Origin: Botryllus schlosseri
Lineage: Eukaryota
Reading direction: 5' to 3'
Assembly: GCA_051294905.1 (NCBI GenBank)
Contig: CM119372.1
Location: 1,736,001 to 1,800,000, forward strand
DNA: 64,000 bases
Under the pieces are notes generated by a model. The model saw nothing but the letters and a program-made list of their open reading frames with translations. It was not told the DNA's origin and searched no databases. The translations under genes and the position numbers were made by a program. Shown here in pieces: positions 50,101-63,421 of this stretch (within the stretch, counting starts at the first letter, position 1; every line of letters begins with the position of its first letter).

Positions 50101-52903
50101 AGGCGAGATCCACTAATATAATACGGGAGCCGACAATGTACGCATGCAATCATCGGTGACGGGATGCCTGTAATCGCATATGGGCAGCGATCACCAGGGA
50201 TATCTAGAACTAGATATCCCTGCGGCCTGCGATCACCATTCAGAGGCTATACGATATCCAAATGGCTGGATACGAAACCCATCCAACGTATCGCGTCGAC
50301 GAAGTCCGGTGGCGCCATGTCTCGGAGCGGCATGCGCGTTGCGCATTGATCCGCACATACATGCCTCTCGACTTAGTTTTGAGCGCAATACGCGCATTGC
50401 GTGTCCGCGTAAATACATGCGGTCCTACGTGCGAGACGCGCGGTCACATTCAATTCAGTTGACGCAGTGTTGGATTTTGCTCGCTCGGTAGCACCCTGTA
50501 ACTAGGGCCGAGCAAAATCGACTGCCTGGGTGATTCCATCCGGAATTGAGGACGAAAGATGTGTTAGTTCAAATATGTGCCTCTTTTGCAACAACGAAGC
50601 ATATAATACCAGTTCTACATCCCACTCAAGATAATTTGGTATTATTTCGGCGATGCCTTACATTGCACTTTGCGACAATGTTGGTGTTCATTCACGACTT
50701 CACTTCATTATCATGGGTGGTTTTTTACTGCATGTTTCTTATGCCGGGATACGACCGATCGAGCTTTAAAGCCACTCAGTGTAAAATAGTACGGAACTAT
50801 TATTCTCGGAGATAAATTAACTTTTAGTGGCAAAGATACGAGTTCTGTCATGTCTCACTACTGGACTCGAATCATTACTATTAATGGTCGAATCATTGTG
50901 TGCACTGTCCAGGACTTATGGTGACCCGAGAAAGGTCAGCCAAGAATGTTTCAGATCGTTCGTGCAATCTTTTGATGAACAACAACCAACGATGAAATTA
51001 TTAATACACTGAAATCTGAAGAACCGCTGATTTTAGAAAATGCCTTATTGAAGGTTTAATGACATACTGCATGCTCGCGTGGATGCGGAAACAGCGTAAC
51101 AGTATCCATTTATCACCCAAGTGTTGCAGGTCTATCTAGTCTCCTCCTCGTCATCTTATCCGTGTAAGCGGCGTCTTACAACAAGCCTAGAAGTGGGCCG
51201 AGCTACAAGTCGGCAGTTACGAAATAAAAATGGAGAATGGCGGCCTAGTGCAAATGACCATGGTAGTCGACAAACACCATGAATGTCACAAACAAACAAA
51301 CCTTTCTTAAACAATCTATAATGCCACAAGAATTGGAATACAATGAACGCACAATATGAAGTTCGAATGACTGGATTGTGTCTATTTAATCAAATTTTGA
51401 CTATTGTGCCGCTCTGTGGTACTGGAAGCACGCAATTCGAGGAACCGAAGCATTAGGTCCGGCCCTGTCCCTCTGGTCAAGTATTTCAGTACAACTCATT
51501 AGGACGTCGTACCTTGGAAGACCAAACAGTTCAAATGCACATCAATTGACATTTCGTATTCGGAAACGCAGAACGGCCTTGTGATAAATATTTTTGCCAT
51601 GAATAATGAACATGAACATTGAACATATACGCATAGTTTGGTGATACATTGCATTTCCTGCTTTACTTGCTGTGATGAAAATCACGGTGGATGAAATGTA
51701 TGCAGGCTCCATCGAACCCATAATAATCGACCAGGATGTAAAGGTCTTAGTCGCAAGGGGAAATCATAAGCGACATTCCGGTCCATTAACAAATTCCATT
51801 CTCATTACTCCAATTTATAGGACGCGATTGCTCTAATCGTTGAGCCTCGCATAGGAATAAATAGGCTCGACATATACAGTGTGGTTGGATTGGATATCGT
51901 TGACGTATTCATAATCACACATTACCATTACCATATACGGCTGTACACGCACACTCCTGTACGTACCATAGCATTGTGCATCGTTTCCCAAGTAGAATGC
52001 AGTGGCACCGAGGCGCCGGAGTTCATCGTGAGCGTCCTCGATTGAGAGTTGTATGGCCCACAATCCGCACGACACGTCGACTCTGCCTGGCAGCGAACGA
52101 AAAAACTGTTTTAAGCGCACGACATGCGTCTGTGTTGAGAGAAGGGGCGTCAGCTCAAATGCATATTGACCGGTCAACGTCGAGTATGACCTTCCGGACT
52201 GGTGCGAGATGTCAACATCGTAAAGCATAAGCATATACCACTGACGTCCCGAAAGTGAAAATGATCGTGGTTTGAAAAAATCATGCGGAGCGTCATGTAT
52301 ACCGATTAAATACGAAGATATAAGTTTCGATGATTTCAGATGAAATAATTTTCGAAAGTTCATACAAACATCACCAAAATATTGTGACTGAAAAATATAT
52401 CGGACTCGATCATTGCCTATGGTCATGGGGGCAGGCGACAATAGCATTCGGCACTTATGCCTGAGAAACTTGACCGTGTGAATTTGGGTCGGGTATGGTT
52501 AGGGATGTAAGGTTACTTTGCTGTTATAAAGTCACATGCTCAAGTAGCACATTCGTAACTGAAGTTTTCATTACGTTCCATGCTCAAATGTCGGTAAACC
52601 TTGGATATTTTCAGGCCGAGTCAATTCGGTCTTTGTGCCATATCATCAACATCATCGTAGACTGGCGCATGAAATCGGGTTCGGGATCAACGGGCGATTC
52701 CATATTTACGTATTCATCATCAGATACAACATTAAGAAAGCATAAGCAGTTGAGATGTGAATTTGTACTATAGCATACATCCACAAAATCTTTCACAATT
52801 GTAATAAACAACTGAACTCGCGTTGCATACCATTACAATTGCATATTTGAGGAAGGATCAGCAGCAGGATAGCAAGGAAGGGCCCGATGATCTCCATACG
52901 CAT
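38197..52903 (-). CDS. Zona pellucida (ZP) module type I membrane protein with mucin-like stalk, 8 exons, ~699 aa
   Basis: Exons: 52903-52831 (signal peptide MRMEIIGPFLAILLLILPQICNC); 52086-51967 (RVDVSCGLWAIQLSI...FYLGNDAQC); 47094-46902 (GDCGTKI...YANSIQY...FKCVY); 45786-45594; 42086-41820 (VTNGC); 41646-40647 (CLKR..FTLGPFYIL, then S/T-rich); 39500-39414; 38363-38197 (TM FIWGGIAAMGVFLLCAMGLAAAW, tail, stop). Phases 1,1,2,0,0,1,1 all join in frame, total 2100 nt. The 4-Cys ZP-N pattern is recognisable; ZP-C is divergent. Confidence 0.8.
42453..44852. mobile_element. hAT element hosting nested MITEs
   Basis: TIR TAGGGATGGTGTG / CACACCATCCCTA; TSD CTGTTTAG/CTGTTAAG. It contains 42548-42968 (TSD GTAGATTC/GTAGGTTC, GGATT(A/T) hexamers) and 43724-44675 (TSD GTACACAC/GTACACAT). 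The latter contains 44102-44377. Confidence 0.85.
44909..45085. mobile_element. hAT MITE
   Basis: TIR CAATGTTCCCTCTAA / TTAGAGGGAGCATTG; TSD CCCATGGT/CTCATGGT. Confidence 0.85.
46655..46815 (-). mobile_element. Degenerate Penelope pLTR/hammerhead copy
   Basis: The minus strand reads GATTACCCCTGACGAGTGTCAGCC-GTATCTATTC-GGG, with the GAAA core destroyed. The nearby acctcccagaagctcttcaaa matches 14749-14769. Confidence 0.65.
47262..48137 (+). mobile_element. 5'-truncated LINE (L2/Crack/Daphne-like) 3' end
   Basis: The frame YHALVRCHLTYGITVWG...LQVLQNKAIRII...HHYNTR...GVKFWNNVP...SKY* is the typical post-RT C-terminus of CR1-group LINEs. The 3' UTR has a stem-loop at ~47974-48018, then AATAAA (48110) and a (CT)n-like tail. 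It is antisense within a ZP-gene intron. Confidence 0.85.
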
Positions 52904-53293
52904 TCCAAGATTCCCAAAGTAAACCAGAACTAAACTAGAAGGACGTTATGTGGAATTATTATCTAAGCTTCGATAAATGTCAACAAAGTCGTTAAAACCA
53001 CATTGTACCATGATGGCCTGTATAGTTTATGCCGTGTATACTATCACAGACCAATAGTCATATACATCATACCGGCAGACATATGCATTCAAACAATATA
53101 ATCACCAAAATATGCATGGAGATACAGTATAGGTTGAGAACAATGCGTGTTCACGAGCGTTCATTAGCAGATATTATATTCACTATTATTATATTCCAAT
53201 TATGCAGAAAGGCAAAGCGAGCTTTGGACAAATACCAGTAGCAGGCCGTTTAAAAAAAAAACGGCGAAAAAATTTTAACTCTCACATATGCAG

Positions 53294-53802
53294 TGGGGCT
53301 GGGCAAAATGATTCGAATCCGAATCGAATATTAATTTTAATGATTCGAGTTGAGTAGCAAAACACGATTTTTTCGAGTACTGGAATTATACGCTGCTCGC
53401 AACTGAAATTTAATTTACTAATGAGAATTATAGTTATGATACTATTTTCCACTGAGGAAGCCTTGGAAACCTTGATTGGCCGTGTCGCAGCATACGAGAC
53501 ATAGTACAAAGCTACGAATGTTACTAAAAATAACACATTTCCGAAGTCATGATCATCCGAGAACATTGCCAAGAAGTGCAATGAATTCGGTAGAGTCGAA
53601 GAAATACCAAAAGAATCTTTAATGTGATGGATAACAGGCATTACATTCTTTGTGGTGGCATAAAAGGTATATATTTGAACTTTGGCATACAGTAGTACAT
53701 TATGTTATGACGTCATAATGAGTGATACTCGAATACTCGACTCGAAGCGTAACACGTGATCCAGAATCGAATCACGCTGGTACTCGATTTTGCCCAGCCA
53801 TA
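53294..53802. mobile_element. hAT MITE of an abundant ~500-bp family
   Basis: Ends TGGGGCTGGGCAAAA / TTTTGCCCAGCCATA with a perfect TSD ATATGCAG. Decayed relatives lie at ~545-845, ~9820-10150, ~12330-12580, ~15820-16700, ~20150-20645 and ~54080-55070. Confidence 0.85.
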
Positions 53803-55798
53803 ATATGCAGCACGGCAGCGCGCTTGACGAATGTGGTCATGGTCACGCGTCATTGCCCAGTTGTTGAAATTACATTTTAAGCGACTTCCGCAACATTTGG
53901 AACAATCTGAAGTTTGTTTAGAAGAAAAACCGGGCCTAGTTCACAATATCCAACCCTCAAGCTATCCTTAGCCTATCTCTATGTAGTCTTCCAATCTTCG
54001 TGGCATAGGTCTATACTCTATACTATATGCATGATGTGGAAACTACCAAAACCAGTAAAAAGATGAACATGACCATATACTGTCCGTCTAAGGCTGGATA
54101 CAGTTGAGAAACCGCGAGATCCGATTCTTGATAGAGTTTTAGTATGCTTGGAGTCGAGTTGAGTATGAGAGTACCGCTCACTATGACGTCACAACAGTAC
54201 GGAAAGGGTGAAAAGTTCAAATATGTGCCTTTTATGCGACCACAAAAAATATATTCCCGGCTCTATATCACATTAAAGATGCTTATTTGGTATTTTTTCG
54301 ATCACACATTGCATTTTGTGACAATACTGTGGTTCGATCACAACTTCGCAGAAATATCATTTCCCCACAAACGCGCGTAGCTTTGTGCTAGGCTACTTGT
54401 TTCGTATGGTGCGATATGACCCATATATAGGGGTTTACAATTACAGCCATCGACAATGCAAGATGGTATCGAAAGTATCATTCTCGTCGATAAAGAAACT
54501 TTTAGTCGCAAGGAGCGTATAATGCAGATGCAGTCGAATTATCTTATCGACAAGTTATAGAATTTTAAACATAATCAGAATTAACACTTGAAACAGCCGA
54601 GTATACTCATTGCTCACGGTTACAAGAGGCGACAGACCGTGATACCGAGGTGGTTACGCGCATTTACAACGCGTTGTGCGTCAACCCACATATTTGCGAT
54701 AAGACAATGGTACAGGAGTTTGAGTACTGAAATTATGCGCAATAAGAGTAATTTACCAACGAAAATATAGTGTCGATAGTATTTTCCACGGTGGAAGCCT
54801 TGAAACCTCGATTTGTATGCGTGATGCAATGATGTAATCCGAAGATACGCACGTCAACGTGCAAATGACATATCTGTAAAGTAGCGATCAGCAGTCACAG
54901 CAATTACCATAAAGTGCAATCAAATAGGAGTGGTCGAGGAAATACCAAATGATCGTTAACGAGATGTGGGATCGGCATTTATTCGCTGTAGTAGCATAGA
55001 ATGTGCTGTGCAATGTGTATATTTGAACCTTCCATATCCTCAATACTGTTATGATGACATATCTAGGGCGATTTGTGTTGGACATGTCAAAAATAGTCAA
55101 AAGTATGTCAAAATTATAGCGTTACGTTAAAAAGTGTCAATTTTTTACAAAGTTAAAACTTTTTTGCAACCTGCATTTCGTTTGTATCGTAGATTTTTCA
55201 CTGTCGGTGAACTTATCGTTTGACATTTTACAGCTTGTAGCATATTTTATAGGCCTACCGTTGTAGACAGCCCGTCGTCTGCTCATTGTGAATCACAAAA
55301 ATTAAAATGAAACAAATAGGTTGACTTAGTGTTATGCTCAACGTACCTGTCTAAATACCTGTCTAAATAGGTCTGTACAGCCTAGAATCGCGTCATACGC
55401 TTATATCCAGTATCCACACTTCCACAGTAACGCCCCAAATCGAAATATCCAGGATCCTACTATGTTCTTCAACCACTGTAATCTGACTAAAATGCATGCT
55501 TACAGCATCCATCCCACGCATAACTTTCGTAACATGCTTTCTTATCTCACGGTCGCGACGATACCGTGTTATTTCACTCCTAATTTCCTTTTAGCGCGTA
55601 AATCAGCGACGATCTATAAACGCTGGTATTGCCAGGACTACAAAAGTCATTGCGATTTTTAACTCTCTAACAAGCCGTAGATGCGATTAGGGCCAACGGG
55701 GATTGATTTAGATTCCGCCATCGATAAACGCTGAGCAATTAGTAGAGCCATCGTCAATCAACCTCCCGATGCAGCGTTTGAAAAAGCCTTCTACCAAC

Positions 55799-55917
55799 CA
55801 GACTTGGACAACTAGAAAATTTTCAGCTTTTCCAAATTGGATTAGAATTAGATTACTGACATTGCGCTCAAATTTAGTGAAATTAGACAACTAGAATTAT
55901 CTAGCTTTCCAAGTCTG
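55799..55917. mobile_element. Short hAT MITE (CAGACTTGG family)
   Basis: TIR CAGACTTGGA / TCCAAGTCTG; TSD CTACCAAC/CTACAAAC. Longer decayed relatives start at ~5881, ~11827, ~14390, ~38494, ~42316 and ~48927. Confidence 0.75.
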
Positions 55918-56140
55918 CTACAAACCGGGCTCGTTTTGTACATTACCTTCGTTTCATGAATATTTTCGACAGCTGTAAACACAGTATATTCTGAACTTCT
56001 GGTACTATGATATGGTAGGGGACGCGACTTAAACGTTCAAACACCCGCCCGGTCTAAGTGATTAATAACCAGGTTTCAAACGATGAACCCTACAGTCTCA
56101 GGGTTTGGCAAAAGTCAAGTTTGGATTTCGACGGCAATGC

Positions 56141-56530
56141 TAGGGTTACCATACGTCCTCTTTTAAGAGGATTTGTCCTCTTTTTTGACTTTTTTGAACG
56201 TGTCCTCGGAGGACGACCTTTTGTCCTCTTTTTTGAGATTTGTTCGCTTTTTTGAAAATTTAGGTCATATTTAGAGCAAAATTCGAGTGATATGCCGTGA
56301 ATTAGCACAGAAGTGACGCTCCGGCTTTTTTTAGTCAACCACTTAGCAATGTGGAGAGAAAAACGGTATATTGAGCTCTGAGCGGAAAGTCGACCTTATT
56401 TTTCTTTTGTCAACCGATCACAAAGTGGGAAAAATTCACCGATTTTTGAGAATTCTTCTCCGGTTTTGCAAGTCTCTCAAATTTCTGAAAAAGTCTCCTC
56501 TTTTTAGATTTTCGAAATATGGTAACCCTA
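56141..56530. mobile_element. hAT (Blackjack-like) MITE
   Basis: TIR TAGGGTTACCATA / TATGGTAACCCTA with a perfect TSD GGCAATGC and GTCCTC subterminal repeats. Confidence 0.88.
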
Positions 56531-58669
56531 GGCAATGCCGACTAAAAAAGGTCGTCGCTTACCGACCTCACTTTCGGGAGTCGAGTTGGGAAAACGACAT
56601 ATTTTTAGTCAACATAATAATATTTCCCGTCCAAATTTTTATATCACCCGTTTTCTTACCCACCTGCTACTATATCTTTTGTAGCTTGTGAAAAGCGTCT
56701 GCTTTTTCGGATCTTATATTCGTAACATCATATACTATTCAATTGTATATTGAAGTACTGTACCTCCAAGAAGCTCTTTTTCGGATCTCAAAATATGGTA
56801 ATCCTATGGAATGGTCTCTGCAACAGAAGTAGATTTGCAGTAAATATTCAATATAATATTTTTGTTTTTTTGTGACAATCATGTTTTGCACAGTCCATTT
56901 ACAATTAATGTGCATCAGTATTTTGTAGTAGGCCTAATGTATTGGATTGAAATATGGTTGAAGCTTTTTGATTTTGTCACTCAGCGAAAACTTGGCGTTT
57001 GCAGACTCTTTGCACAACAGAGCTGCAGGGTTCGCTAGGCAAGTTTCTACGAATACAGAAACTGCGTAAAGGCTTATCACTATAATTTTATCAATTCAAA
57101 ACGCCACAAGAATTGCAATATAGTGAACAGAAAGAAGCCGAAGTCAATTAATTAAATTGGCATGCCAACCGCTCTACAGCTGATCCTGATAAACTAGTGT
57201 GCTGTATAGGGATGGTGCTTCAGAATACGAATCATTCTGATTAGTAATTCTATCGGCTCCAATATACAATAAGAATTGCGATATGGAATGAGTTCACTTG
57301 CTAACACTTGATTAACCGTGCTCGATCCGCACACTTACATCGGGGGCGATACAGTGAATAGGATCGTGACAGGATGATTCTATGAAGACGCGTGGCTGGA
57401 ATATGAATTACCACAATGCGCACAACCCACAAGAATATTTGTGCTATGCCTTATCAAGACCTATTCGTTATTTTCTTTATGTTTGTAGGTAGGCCTGTCG
57501 ATTTATGAATTTGGGTTTGAAGGTCAACTGCATCATTCATTCTTCATAGACGACTCAGCGTAATTTTCAAACAGCCACAGTATACCTATATTTAAAATTC
57601 TCAGTTGTTGGCGAAGTTACGCAGCAATGAGCTAGGCTGCAAAGTCAGCCGATATCGTTTGGTGATTTTGATAAAACGATAGATCTTTATAGAATATCAC
57701 TATCACCGTGTGTTCAAATAGTAGGCTACATCATGACTTTTAATTATTTTTATCAGTCGAAGTTCAAGTATATTTCGTCATGAACTTAGGTTTCACAGTA
57801 GAGCCTAAAATCCACCCCACGCTTGAAAGTAGCTAATGGGAACCACGTATTTTAATTGCACAAATGACACTCTCTGAATAGTGCTGGCGACGCCCGAGCC
57901 GACAACCATCATGGTTCGCCAAAATGCACCATAGATTACACTTGACGCATTACAATGCGGAGAGCAAATCAAGCACTGATGGTGGCGGCTGCGATAAGGA
58001 TGCAATACGTCCGATGAAAAGTGATAGTGTTTTCCCCACAATTTTCAAAGTCAAAGCTGTCAAATTATAGTATAAATATTATTAACTAAACGCCTCGAAT
58101 CAGAGTATCCAGTAGGATACCAAGAGAATATGCCTAAGCACGCCCGTCCATGAATTCTACCCAGCTTGTACGAAAACGAATATAATATGTTTTGGAACCA
58201 TAAAAAGTAGAAATCTGATAGGATGTGAAATGAGGATCGAAGCAAGAGCCAACTCGGGCACGAACAAAATGATTGAATAATTCAAGTGACTAGTGTGCTA
58301 CGTGTAACACCATCGGCGGGCGCGTTCCAAAGTGCCGCCCGCGGCGTGGGATCTTGTTAACCTTTTTCTCGCAACGGTCGCACATTGAGAGCGCGTCACG
58401 CGCCAAGCCTCCTGTTCACATCGCCACTCAAAGCACGAGGTTTCCGGTTGCGCAAACAAGACTGAAATTATAACACCATAGCGTCATCTAGAGTTGTAAT
58501 TTTGGTGATAATACCGAAACAAATTATTACGGGAACACATAAATATAACCCTGTCAATATGCAAGGATTTCACAGAGATCCCCCTGTTACAGATACATTA
58601 TAGATAACTAACCTAGTTATCTATAGATACATGCCGTACAAAAGAATGCCCTTGTTCACGTAAGGGAAT

Positions 58670-58880
58670 GTGACCAATCAGGAACAGGACATAATGACGT
58701 TCCGCATCAACAACGCGCCATAATTCGCGAAAGTGGGATCGGCGCAAGATGGCGGACAGGCGTTGGAGCGTTTTAAAATTGTCATAAAAGTATTCAGGTT
58801 TAAAGACCGGCTGCAGTTCTTTTGTGTTAATTTCCGTTGATAAGATCATAAGTATTTCATGAAATTTCAGCTGTAAGTGA
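58670..58880 (+). promoter_or_regulatory. Candidate ZNF800 promoter / non-coding first exon
   Basis: CpG-rich patch with CCAAT, TGACG, TCGCGA and a YY1 motif CAAGATGGCGG (58745-58755). A GTAAGT donor lies at ~58873 and an acceptor ttcatAG at ~60309, before the ATG. Confidence 0.45.
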
Positions 58881-60364
58881 GGAGATTTGGCACTATAGTA
58901 TGGATACCTAATGGTAGGCGGTGACGTGACGCCCCTCCACCTTGGCTGTCGCGACATTTCTACAAAAATAGTTGGGAAAAGCAGAAGTTAGAACAAGTTA
59001 GTACCGGACACATTTAGTCAGAGGATATTGCTTTGATTTTGGGGTCGGGGACATTATCTGTTTTGATTTCCAATCGTAGAGTATGGTAACAATGACTTGG
59101 GTGCAGTGCGGGCACGCGGCACGCCATTCACGCACACCTGGTCGACTTCGACAACTAGACAATTCGATTTGTCCGAATAGACGAATTAGAACGAAATGCC
59201 GGTAATCTAATTCTATTGTGATTTGTTTCTCTGATCTAATTTTATTTCCTAACTGATTTCTGTTTTCTCTGAAACTGGTATACTGGGTTGCTGGGAAACT
59301 GTTGGCCTATATGCGCAACTAGCCAAGCTTGCTTATGATAATGAGCTCTGATCTGATATGAAATGAACTTCATTTCCTAATTCGGAAATTAATTTAATGC
59401 CCGGATTTTTGCGAGTTCAGTGATCCTAATCCTTTAATATAATTAAAAAACTGTATGAAAATGCTGGATATTTTCCAGTTTAGAATATTTGATTTGTATC
59501 GTGAGACTGAACAATTTCAACAAAGCTTTCTGATGATATGTATTACTAGTTTACAATCCTGTAAACATCAGAAGATATCTTGTGCCAAGGCTTCACAAAC
59601 TACGGCCGCGACCTCCGAAGGGGTCGTGTAAAGAATCTCTAATTCAATACCGTATGTTTATTTCAACACAAAATATTACCATACTTTGACACTTTGATCG
59701 TTTAATTTCGATAACTTTAAATCACTGAATATTATAAGTAATAAATAGCCTGTAATAAGGGCTGGCTATAATTGATTACCATCGTAAGAGTAGATGTGAT
59801 GTGTAAAGTTCATATACCTATCTTCTATACCAGTGGTTCCCAAACTTGTGATGTCGGAGCCACATTTCAAATATCAATGTTTGTATGGGCCGCATACATC
59901 GCTAATCTGCGCCTATCAATGCCAAGATAAACCGATATAGAATCTATAGAAGTCTATGTGAATGCAGAGACGAAACAGAAAGGTCTATGACCAGCAGAAC
60001 TCGAGATATATCATTGTCTGACGGGTATTCATCTATGCGTTTGACGATAGTCTGCAGGAATTCTATTATCCCGTTTTCAGAAGCGGCCTTGGACGGCTTT
60101 AAACACAACTAGTATCCCTCATTTTAGCATTCATATACGGAAATTGACTATACGTATTCATAGAAACAAACAACTGTCGTATACTATATTTTGTGGCATA
60201 TTTAGGGGTCAATCAGAGCCCCAAGAAGGCTACCTTGTAGCCGCGGTAAATTATATTGCTTTCATTTTGTTCCACTTCTGGTAGGCAATATAACATTATT
60301 TATTCATAGGCAATGCTTACCTGAAAATATTCCCGTTTTCAACTACAACCGACGTTACTTCGCC

Positions 60365-62851
60365 ATGTCTGCAACCCAAGAAAACGTCAATGAAAATGCA
60401 ATGAAAGAGGGATCAACCACAAACAGAGAAAGGAAAAAAGACCTGATGTCCGTCATTGCAGCCTTATCTGCGGACACATCAAATTCACCAACTTCGTCAG
60501 AAATGAAAGAACCTTCTCCATCCATTTCATTGGTCGACACTGAAATCCTCCCTGCAGTCACTAATAGTGACAGCCCCATTCAGACTCCTATTTCTCAAAA
60601 TGATCTAGACACCAGCAATTCCGACCAAAGTGGCGACGTAATGACTAATATCATCCACCTACTATATCAGGCTGCGTCTGGTAAACCAATGGTAAACAAC
60701 GCACTTGGAAATGACGAAACAATTTTGAACATGCATCGACCTCTGCAAGGGCAGAAAGAAGCTTTAAAGCAGTTGATGACGTCGTACGCAAATGGCACCG
60801 ATCAAGTGCGCAGGATTCTGTCGAGCGAAGTTAATATCATCTACGAATGTAAGCGTTGTCGTGGAATGTTCAGGTCTTTGCCGAACATAATTCGACACAA
60901 GCAAGATTATTGTACAAACGAAGGCTTGATGTCGTCTGTTCTCAACCGAGCTGCTAATAGTTCGAGAGAAGATGATGAGGCCTTTCAAAGAATACTTAAC
61001 ATCCTCCATCCTCCTGAACCAGAGCCTACTGTTGTATCTTTTGATGAACCGACTCAGTCTAATCAAACAACGCCTGAGTCTAGTCGTAAGTCTGTCGCGG
61101 CTATTCCTACCATGATTAAGCCCGTGATAACACAACGTTTTCCTGTTGAAATGGCCAGAGTCGTGACTACATCTTCATCTGTCATAAATCCCGTTCCGAA
61201 AGTGCGAGATTCCCCGTCAATGTCGCACTTAGGCAAGTTTTTTGTGGGCAAATCTAAATCTGGTGGTCACGAAATCGCAAAACCGTATTCCTGCCCTACG
61301 TGCAGGAAAAGGTTTGTAGAGAAGAAAAGTGTGAAGCGCCATTTGATAACGATACATGGCATGAGTGTAGTTGATGCGTATAAAGCCATGAACACTGCAG
61401 AAAACGCAGTATCTAAAGCTTTAGTGCCTATTTCATGCGCCACAACTAGTTCTCCATTTCAATCACGCAGCGGGCGTACTAGATCGCGACGTTCTGAGCC
61501 AAGCGATAACTTACTAAGTCAATGCGTGGAAGAAATTAACCTCGGCCCGAGCAGAAGGATTCACGTTCTCCCCCAAGAGTTTATTTTGAGCTCCGTGCAG
61601 TGTCCCGTATGCCACCAGGGTTTGTGCAGGAGGACGAACGTCCGCAGGCATTTGTTAGAGGCACACAATCTGATTATCAAAGGCGAAAAGAAATACTTCC
61701 AGCTGAAAGACATAGCCAGAAACACTACCTCAAACAGCCCGACTTTGAGAAGGTTACGACACCTGTTCACTGTGACCAACAGGAGCCCGACTTTGTCTGA
61801 AGAGCGAGCCAATTCTTTATCGCAACAAGCCAACTCTGCGAACGCAAGTCTTACGTCCTCGATGCAATCTGGTAGCGCGTCAGACACCGATGCAGATCAG
61901 AATCCGAACGGAACCAATATGTCAGGGCATGCTTTGAAATTGGAAAAAGTGCAGTTTGTAGAATCGGGCGCTACCAACTTATCAGCTAGTGAACAGATGC
62001 ATGAGCTATCCGTCAATGGCCCTACCGCTGATGATGTCGGTCATGTAAATGAAAATGCTGACACTGATAAAAACAGCGTGGACAGTGGCAAGAAATCGTC
62101 TCAAGACTTGAATCAAGAAACGCTGCATGAAGACGACAATGCAGAGGAGCCGCCTCCTAAAAAATTGAGGCAATTAGCGCCGATGGTGACCAGAACTGGA
62201 CGTACCGTGACTTCATTCAACGGAAAAGTGATTACAGGCACTAAGCAAGTGACTGGTAGCGGAAATTTACAAAAAATCACTCTGTCGCAAGTCACCTCGT
62301 TGAAAAGTAACGACAGAAACGGGACCGGGGTCAAAAATTTGATTATTCGCAGGATATCTTCGGACTCAACCACCGTGCCTACTACCACATCAAGTAACGG
62401 GCGTACTTTCATCAAAGTCGAGCTGCGTAATTCGCCGAGAGTGCAGCAACACGATTCCAAATCTATCTCTTCAAAAGCGACTGCTGAATACGACATCGGA
62501 AAGCTAAAGTGTTTCACATGCAATAAAAAATTCGCGACCCCCCCGGATATTAGAAGGCATCTTATCACGGTGCATTCGTTTACAACCGAAGAAGCTCTAG
62601 CCACGTGTTACGATTCTTCTAGCGTCGATTCAGCGGCGCAAGTAGCCGGGTTGAAACACGGTTTTGACATCACAAACGCAAAGTGCATGATTTGCAAGAG
62701 GTTTTACTTCTCGAGAGAGAATCTCTTAAGGCACTTGTCGAGGACGCATCATATGGAGCCGGATATACTGAAGGATTTGAAAGTGTCGTGTGGTTTGTTG
62801 ACGTTGGTTGATGTAGAGAAGGCTGACTCTAAGCACGACGTCAAGTCAAAG
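60365..62851 (+). CDS. ZNF800: ZNF800-like C2H2 zinc-finger protein, large first coding exon
   Basis: LKQLMTSYANGTDQVRRILSSEVNIIYECKRCRGMFRSLPNIIRHKQDYC resembles the conserved N-terminal C2HC block of ZNF800. Four further dispersed C2H2 fingers follow (CPTC..HLITIH, CPVC..HLLEAH, CFTC..HLITVH, CMIC..HLSRTH). A phase-0 donor AAG|GTAGCT at 62851 precedes the ORF-track stop at 62875. Confidence 0.85.
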
Positions 62852-63421
62852 GTAGCTATCAAATCATTTTGTTAATTACAAAATTTCTTCATTTTGGTCC
62901 CTGAACATATGACCGTACCGAAAGCGTGCAATATATAGGTAATTAAACATGTGCGTAATCAACAGAAAAAATGATGAGATAAGAGGAAACAGTAATCACC
63001 ACAATTAGCATGCAAAACTTGAACATTATTGGAGCATGTTAGGGTTTGGGTTAAATTAGGGCTAAGATCAGATTAGGATTAAGATCAGGGTAAGGTTTAA
63101 ACTTCTCACTCTCCCCTAGCTGTAAGTGTCGGCTTGATCAAGCCACTTTTTCGTTTCTTATAAGATGCCTTCATTTTACGCGTAATTTGAAGGGGCTTTT
63201 TGTGGTAGAGAACTTCAATTTACAATCGAGTAATATATTCATATTGAAACATGTTTCAACATCAATGTTTTTTAAAATTTTATTTTTCCGTTATGCTCAA
63301 AAACTTCTCACTCTATGAGATAAAATGTGTCTGCATACCAGACTGCCATCTACTCTAATATCAAGACTGAATTGTTGTTCATGTTGAGCTCCTTGTAAGG
63401 TGTATTCTTTATTCATTTCAG

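Noticed and set aside
51833..52447. 204-aa ORF as a standalone gene
   Set aside because: Only 52086-51967 is bounded by splice sites and ZP-like. The rest is open intron.
62113..62604. Antisense ORFs over ZNF800 (and plus-strand ORFs over SS18)
   Set aside because: These are shadow ORFs of real coding sequence.
63039..63100. TTAGGG-like hexamers as interstitial telomere
   Set aside because: The run is short and degenerate. Similar hexamer runs occur as subterminal repeats of transposons in this window.
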